A DNA stretch of 53,366 nt from Candidatus Dojkabacteria bacterium (GTDB lineage: Bacteria; Patescibacteriota; Dojkabacteria; SC72). This document shows positions 49,601-53,366 of this stretch, piece by piece. The number at the start of each line of letters is the position of its first letter. Within the stretch, counting starts at the first letter, position 1. The position numbers were made by a program, and so were the translations under genes. The stretch covers positions 1 through 53,366 of the forward strand of contig JBBADY010000002.1 of the NCBI GenBank assembly GCA_041656215.1, in the 5' to 3' direction. The notes under the pieces are model-generated. The model did no database searches, was not told the DNA's origin, and saw only the letters and a program-made list of their open reading frames with translations.

Positions 49601-51730
49601 AATGGTACGGGAACAGCTGCCTTGGGTACAGGTATCTGGACTTCTGGATCTTTGACAATGGGGAGCTATCTTTATCACAATAATGATACCAATACATATT
49701 TGGGTTTTCCTGCTGATGATAATATAAACTTTGTTACTGCTGGATCTGAAAGAATGAGAATAGCAAGTAATGGGAATGTTGGGATAAGAACTACTGGGCC
49801 AGCAATACATTTGGCTATTGGAGATACTGATACGGGCTTAAATTGGGTAAGTGATGGCAATATTGATATAAAAACGAATAGTGAGTCGAAGTTGAAACTT
49901 AGAGCCTCCGCCCTCTCGGGTTTTACCCTAGGAGGTTATTCTGCAAATTTCTATACTAATAGCTGTTATGATACTACTTGTGGTGTAGATGGAGTTCAGA
50001 TAAATGGAAATGGTTGGGTAAAAATCTTAGCAGGGACGAACTGGGGAGGTGCTTACAATCAAATTGCTTATACTCAAGATGCAGGAATATTCTTTTCTCT
50101 CGGTTCTCAAAATACAGGAGGTTTTGTTATTGCTCCTCACGGATCTTCTGCAGGAGGTATTAGAATTGCTGGAAATACTGGATATGTAGGTATTGGTGTA
50201 CAAGGCCCTTATTACAGATTGGAACTTCCAAACACCGGAGATATTGGAGGGCGTGGAAGGGCGAATCAGTGGACAACATATTCAGATATTACACTTAAAG
50301 AAAACATTGAAGTGATTAAGAGTCCGTTAGATAAGGTATTGGCTTTAAAACCTGTGACTTATAATTGGGTGGGAACAGAAAATATGGATTCGGGATTTGT
50401 TGCACAATGGGTTGAACCAATAACTCCAGAGCTAGTTTCTACAGGAGGTGATGGAATTAAGTCGATAGATTATGGTAAATTCACACCATATCTAGCGGGA
50501 GCAATTCAAGAGATGTATTCAGATTTTGGTTCTAGGATAACTTACATAGAAGGAGAATTAGAAAAAATATATAACGCTGAAGAAGAAAACTACAATATAG
50601 CAAGTATATTAGAATTAAACCAAGCAGATAAAACAGAAACTTTAACTGAAAGTGGTTGGTACCGTATATCACAATTAAATAATAATGATGATTACGCTAA
50701 GATAAAGGTAAATAATAGTACATTAGGGTCATCACAAAACCTAATATTAAGTGTAGATACAGTAGGAGATAATAATAACGTAAATGTAATCTCTAACTTC
50801 ACTACAGGAGGATACGATATTAATAAAGCAAGAATAAATGAAGTGGATGGAATTAAATACCTAGAGGTATATCTAGGTAATGTAAATAATAATAGTATAA
50901 AGGTAAGTATTCAAGGAGAAAAAACTAATTGGATAGCTACAAATATAGTTAAAGTAGAGGATGGAATTGGAATAGTAGAATATGCATTTAACGGAGTACT
51001 CTTTGGAGTAAGTGATGCATTTAGTGTAAAGAAAGATAGTATTACAACCTCCGGAACACTCTTAACCAGTAGTTTAACATCAAATATCGGTAACAGTAGT
51101 AATAGGTGGAATGATATATATACAAAAGGAACTATTAGATTAGGAAGCGGTAATAGTGAAGGAGGAATAAGGTATAACGTTGAGAAGAAGAGATTAGAGT
51201 TCTCCAATGATGGTGCAATATGGGTAGAGATGGGAGACTTAACCTCAAGTGTTGTAATATCACCAGAGTATAGTGGAGCAATACTGTATGCAGATGGTAC
51301 TGATAACTACGGAAGAATGACCTCTGACGCTATAGAAACAGGAGGAGTATTTAAAAACTACTATGAATGGAAATCAGATAGAGAAACACTCCAAGATTAC
51401 GATATCTTAGTCAGAATTACCTTACCTACAGACTTTGTAAGTTGGAAAGATGATGCAATATCACTAGACTTTATGACAGAAAACTCAGCATCTGTAGCTA
51501 ATAATAAAGTAGATATAGCTCTCATGGGTAACAGTGGTATAGATGGTGAAGTAAAAGATGGTATAAGTAAATTACCAGGTAGTTGGGAAAGAGTAAGTAT
51601 TAAATCTACTAACATTACTCAATGTAAGAAGGCAGGAGACTCCTGTACTGTAAGGCTATCTATGCACTCAAGAGAAAACTACTTTGTAAGAGTTGGAGAT
51701 ATCTCTCTAAACTATAACAGGGGGCTATAG
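46676..51730 (+). CDS. giant secreted tail-fibre-like surface protein with an internal peptidase S74 (intramolecular chaperone) domain
   Basis: Signal peptide MLKSNCSKVAKFVLILLVAPLVFVAHFTLQKAYA/Q. At least seven G(N/R)(V/F)GIGT..P..(K/S)L.(I/V).G repeats. S74 motif SDITLKENI...LKPVTYNW...GFVAQWVEPITPELV...IDYGKFTPYLAGAIQEM. Confidence 0.8.
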   Translation: MLKSNCSKVAKFVLILLVAPLVFVAHFTLQKAYAQTSSTINFQGKIVRNDTGYEGLNVTTGSPACVKSGPDECDFQVKYYSASTSGTLYFTETYTDVEIGQYGGIFNLSLGAGTPTTGAYSSLDAMIKAQDSVYVEILFSPAGTSSFTETFSRMPLQASAYAIRSEYAKMASGAFEFENAEDYASTTRGLTTPASNGMVYYDTTAGVLKLYSGGVWQNLATGGSSIWGSNSISSYSHYPSQFMETSGIATLSNFGVDATVNRAWVHGASSRTGFSVYSNYSGATDWPLVTFKADASNFGNSILQLTQDGTGNILEGLSGSTPVFNFDKRGDLHLSNNGVNYFGRFPTPPTTGDLFPGSGEGCLYNVAGTLYWDGACNYSGVPINTGSSSKWTDAGSFTYLTSTTDDILFGGNSTATATFFFDVDASSGNYLAINNAANTQRLFTIDSSGNVGIGTATPGSKLDIGGANSNITNSTGNITITPNQNLILGSGNFGVGTATPNQKLSVAGTFGIIETGASPTYYTIFQGGDQNGNITYTLPTTSTTGILANNGSGVLSWATLSSLGGVTGTGTGSGTAGQITFWSGTSSITGSNNFWWDNANQRLGIGTSSPQASLDIAGATSEIANTSGDITITPAANLIVSSGRVGIGAPTPNYKLHVSETLNQHHTTIYGYAAQSSTSTDYLNIGIEGLASGANSTWGRSIGVWGHSNKANTFRSIGVVGSLSTTLSIPSFDFNTAIWGDGSGLGYSGIFTGGNVGIGVTNPSYTLEVNGDALMNRAFVTGRSSSWGSSDGVNTGGVNVTMGTSTGATWLISGTSDETFRVGLQALDSDGTLKIYSNGSAVTFAGTSLTAGAISGSRITATQATGTSPFVVTSTTVVSNLNADLLDGLTADNFLRSDVDDNLTAAIIVPTANRDEGMFGTYDSTKTQHIWSMGVAYRNAANGATFGNLHGLAYKHTNNTTGGTMAGGHQMVWVVNGTGTAALGTGIWTSGSLTMGSYLYHNNDTNTYLGFPADDNINFVTAGSERMRIASNGNVGIRTTGPAIHLAIGDTDTGLNWVSDGNIDIKTNSESKLKLRASALSGFTLGGYSANFYTNSCYDTTCGVDGVQINGNGWVKILAGTNWGGAYNQIAYTQDAGIFFSLGSQNTGGFVIAPHGSSAGGIRIAGNTGYVGIGVQGPYYRLELPNTGDIGGRGRANQWTTYSDITLKENIEVIKSPLDKVLALKPVTYNWVGTENMDSGFVAQWVEPITPELVSTGGDGIKSIDYGKFTPYLAGAIQEMYSDFGSRITYIEGELEKIYNAEEENYNIASILELNQADKTETLTESGWYRISQLNNNDDYAKIKVNNSTLGSSQNLILSVDTVGDNNNVNVISNFTTGGYDINKARINEVDGIKYLEVYLGNVNNNSIKVSIQGEKTNWIATNIVKVEDGIGIVEYAFNGVLFGVSDAFSVKKDSITTSGTLLTSSLTSNIGNSSNRWNDIYTKGTIRLGSGNSEGGIRYNVEKKRLEFSNDGAIWVEMGDLTSSVVISPEYSGAILYADGTDNYGRMTSDAIETGGVFKNYYEWKSDRETLQDYDILVRITLPTDFVSWKDDAISLDFMTENSASVANNKVDIALMGNSGIDGEVKDGISKLPGSWERVSIKSTNITQCKKAGDSCTVRLSMHSRENYFVRVGDISLNYNRGL

Positions 51731-51732
51731 TG

Positions 51733-53366
51733 ATGAAAAAGAAATCAGCTATTAAAAAAATACTCTCATGTATAGGGTATGTACTAATCGCTATCTTCCT
51801 CCTAGCCTCTATTACAATATTAATACAGAAGTCCTCTAGTAGAGAGAATGGAAGTATTGTTAAAGCCCAAGACAGTGATACATACTTTAAAAACAGTAAT
51901 CCAAAATTCTCAGTAGACTTTGTAAATGGAGAGTATATTAGATTTGAAAGTATTAAATCATACAGAAACCCTTTTGAAGAAACGGAAGTAAACCTCTGGG
52001 AAAAGATTAAATACTATTTAGGCCTTGAGAAGAAGAAACTAGGTCTACAACTCACTCTAGAAGAGATCTCATACGATGATGAAATATCAAAATTAACAAA
52101 AGAACAAAGTAAAGAGCTTTCATTAAACAAAACATTTGAATTAATACAAAGTGGTAGGGAAATAGCAGATTCTGATAGTGGCGCTGCCTCTAAGGATACA
52201 GTAGTGTCGAGGAATGTATATAAAGGAGTAAATATAGAGTATCAGATAGTAGAGGGCAAAGGATTAAAGGAAGAGATTGTACTGGAGGAACTACCAGAGT
52301 ACTCTGTGAGCTGTGATACAGGAGAGTGTATACTACCAGCTAATAGGTATGTATTTAAGATCTCTCTTGATGAAGGATTACAGCTTAAAAGAAGTATTAC
52401 CAGCTTACCAGGATTCTCTTCAGGTACTCAGTATATAACAGATGAGAAAGGTAATTACTTTGCTCATTTCTTACCAGAGTTTGCAGTAGATGCAGTAGGT
52501 AATAAAACTAGCGAGGTATATATATCCATTACAAATACAAAGAGTAAGAATGAATATATATATGAATTAGTTTTAGACTCTAAATGGCTACTAAGTGAGG
52601 AAAGAGTATTCCCAATTAGAATAGATCCAAGCATTGTACATGACAGTAGCCTTAGTTTTGATATTGGTAGCTATGAAAGAACTATACAAGACCAAACCTC
52701 TACAGTTAGATTAGGAGAGTTTCTAAGTGGTGAATATACATCTGCAATACTACCGTTAGGAGATAGTGCAGTATTAGATAGTATTACTTGGAGTGCTTTC
52801 GGTTCTGCAACAGGTAATGGTGAAATTCCATACTCTAATATTGGTTTACTTTTGGAAGAGAATTTTAATGACACACTCTCTAATGTAAAGAAGTGGGGAG
52901 AGGGAGTATTGGAGTTAAATGGTAGTAATACAAGTAAAAGCTTTAACATTAACTCTACTCAATCAACATACTTCTCAGTAGAGTTTTGGGTTTATAATAG
53001 ATATAGGTCTCAAGTTATAGAAGAGAAGATATTTAGCTCTAACTTAGTATCATTAATAGTAAAAGATGGTACATATGTATTGCTCGATAACCAAGGTGTT
53101 GAGTATCAATTACTCACAAAGCTAAGCTATAACCAGTGGAAACATATTGCTTTAGTATTGGATATCACTGATCAATCCCTTACCTTCTATCTAGATGGAA
53201 AAGAGGAAAAAATATCATTTAGCTATGGATCTAGTAATACATTGGCATCAATAACCCTTGGAGGACAATCAGCCATGTATGGATACATTGACACCCTTAG
53301 AGCATACTCTAGACTGCTTACTAGCTATGAGGTAATCTCAAATACTCAATACGCTAATTTGTATCT
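51733..53366 (+). CDS. membrane-anchored protein with a LamG/concanavalin-like domain, 3'-truncated by the window edge
   Basis: The frame stays open from ATG 51733 to the window end; I translated it by hand and it is absent from the ORF track. The TM is YVLIAIFLLASITILI. LamG_3-like block: FSVEFWVY...WKHIALVLD...LTFYLDG...GYIDTLRAYSRLLTSYEV. Confidence 0.7.
   Translation, partial: MKKKSAIKKILSCIGYVLIAIFLLASITILIQKSSSRENGSIVKAQDSDTYFKNSNPKFSVDFVNGEYIRFESIKSYRNPFEETEVNLWEKIKYYLGLEKKKLGLQLTLEEISYDDEISKLTKEQSKELSLNKTFELIQSGREIADSDSGAASKDTVVSRNVYKGVNIEYQIVEGKGLKEEIVLEELPEYSVSCDTGECILPANRYVFKISLDEGLQLKRSITSLPGFSSGTQYITDEKGNYFAHFLPEFAVDAVGNKTSEVYISITNTKSKNEYIYELVLDSKWLLSEERVFPIRIDPSIVHDSSLSFDIGSYERTIQDQTSTVRLGEFLSGEYTSAILPLGDSAVLDSITWSAFGSATGNGEIPYSNIGLLLEENFNDTLSNVKKWGEGVLELNGSNTSKSFNINSTQSTYFSVEFWVYNRYRSQVIEEKIFSSNLVSLIVKDGTYVLLDNQGVEYQLLTKLSYNQWKHIALVLDITDQSLTFYLDGKEEKISFSYGSSNTLASITLGGQSAMYGYIDTLRAYSRLLTSYEVISNTQYANLY

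Noticed and set aside
48011-50240. Periodic DNA repeats in the giant gene as a possible CRISPR or tandem-repeat array.
   Set aside because: The repeats are degenerate at the DNA level, irregularly spaced and in frame with a continuous ORF. They are protein repeats (GIGT..P..KL), not a CRISPR array. No CRISPR-like array was seen anywhere in the window.

Overview
AT-rich bacterial chromosomal segment. Its content points to a reduced-genome Candidate Phyla Radiation (Patescibacteria)-type organism, though the lineage cannot be fixed without a database search. The standard code 11 fits: TGA is used as a stop at 34606-34608. Most of the window is housekeeping. Coding genes are nfo, a UvrD-type helicase fused to a Cas4/AddB-like nuclease, smpB, efp, ftsH, polA, an ATP-dependent DNA ligase, nth, rpsA, clpC-like, radA, rho, leuS and a Xer-type recombinase. 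RNA genes are a 5'-truncated tmRNA, nine tRNAs and one complete rRNA operon (16S, tRNA-Ile, tRNA-Ala, 23S, 5S). The 23S gene is interrupted in helix 69 by a 734-nt intron carrying a LAGLIDADG homing endonuclease. Four regions look least ordinary. (1) At 7.3-17.5 kb, five tandem VirB2/TrbC-like pilin paralogues lie with a coiled-coil SpoIID hydrolase, small membrane proteins and a VirD4/TrwB-type ATPase, and no other canonical T4SS parts are recognisable in the window. (2) At 40.58-40.88 kb, upstream of rho, an orphan unit of about 257 nt has its own consensus promoter and strong terminator and encodes a structured RNA I cannot assign to a family. (3) A roughly 1680-aa tail-fibre-like surface protein has an internal, not C-terminal, S74 autoproteolytic chaperone domain, followed by a LamG-domain protein. 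(4) -10 elements sit 5-7 nt upstream of many start codons and Shine-Dalgarno motifs are almost absent, which implies leaderless mRNAs. No CRISPR array, transposase or prophage was seen.
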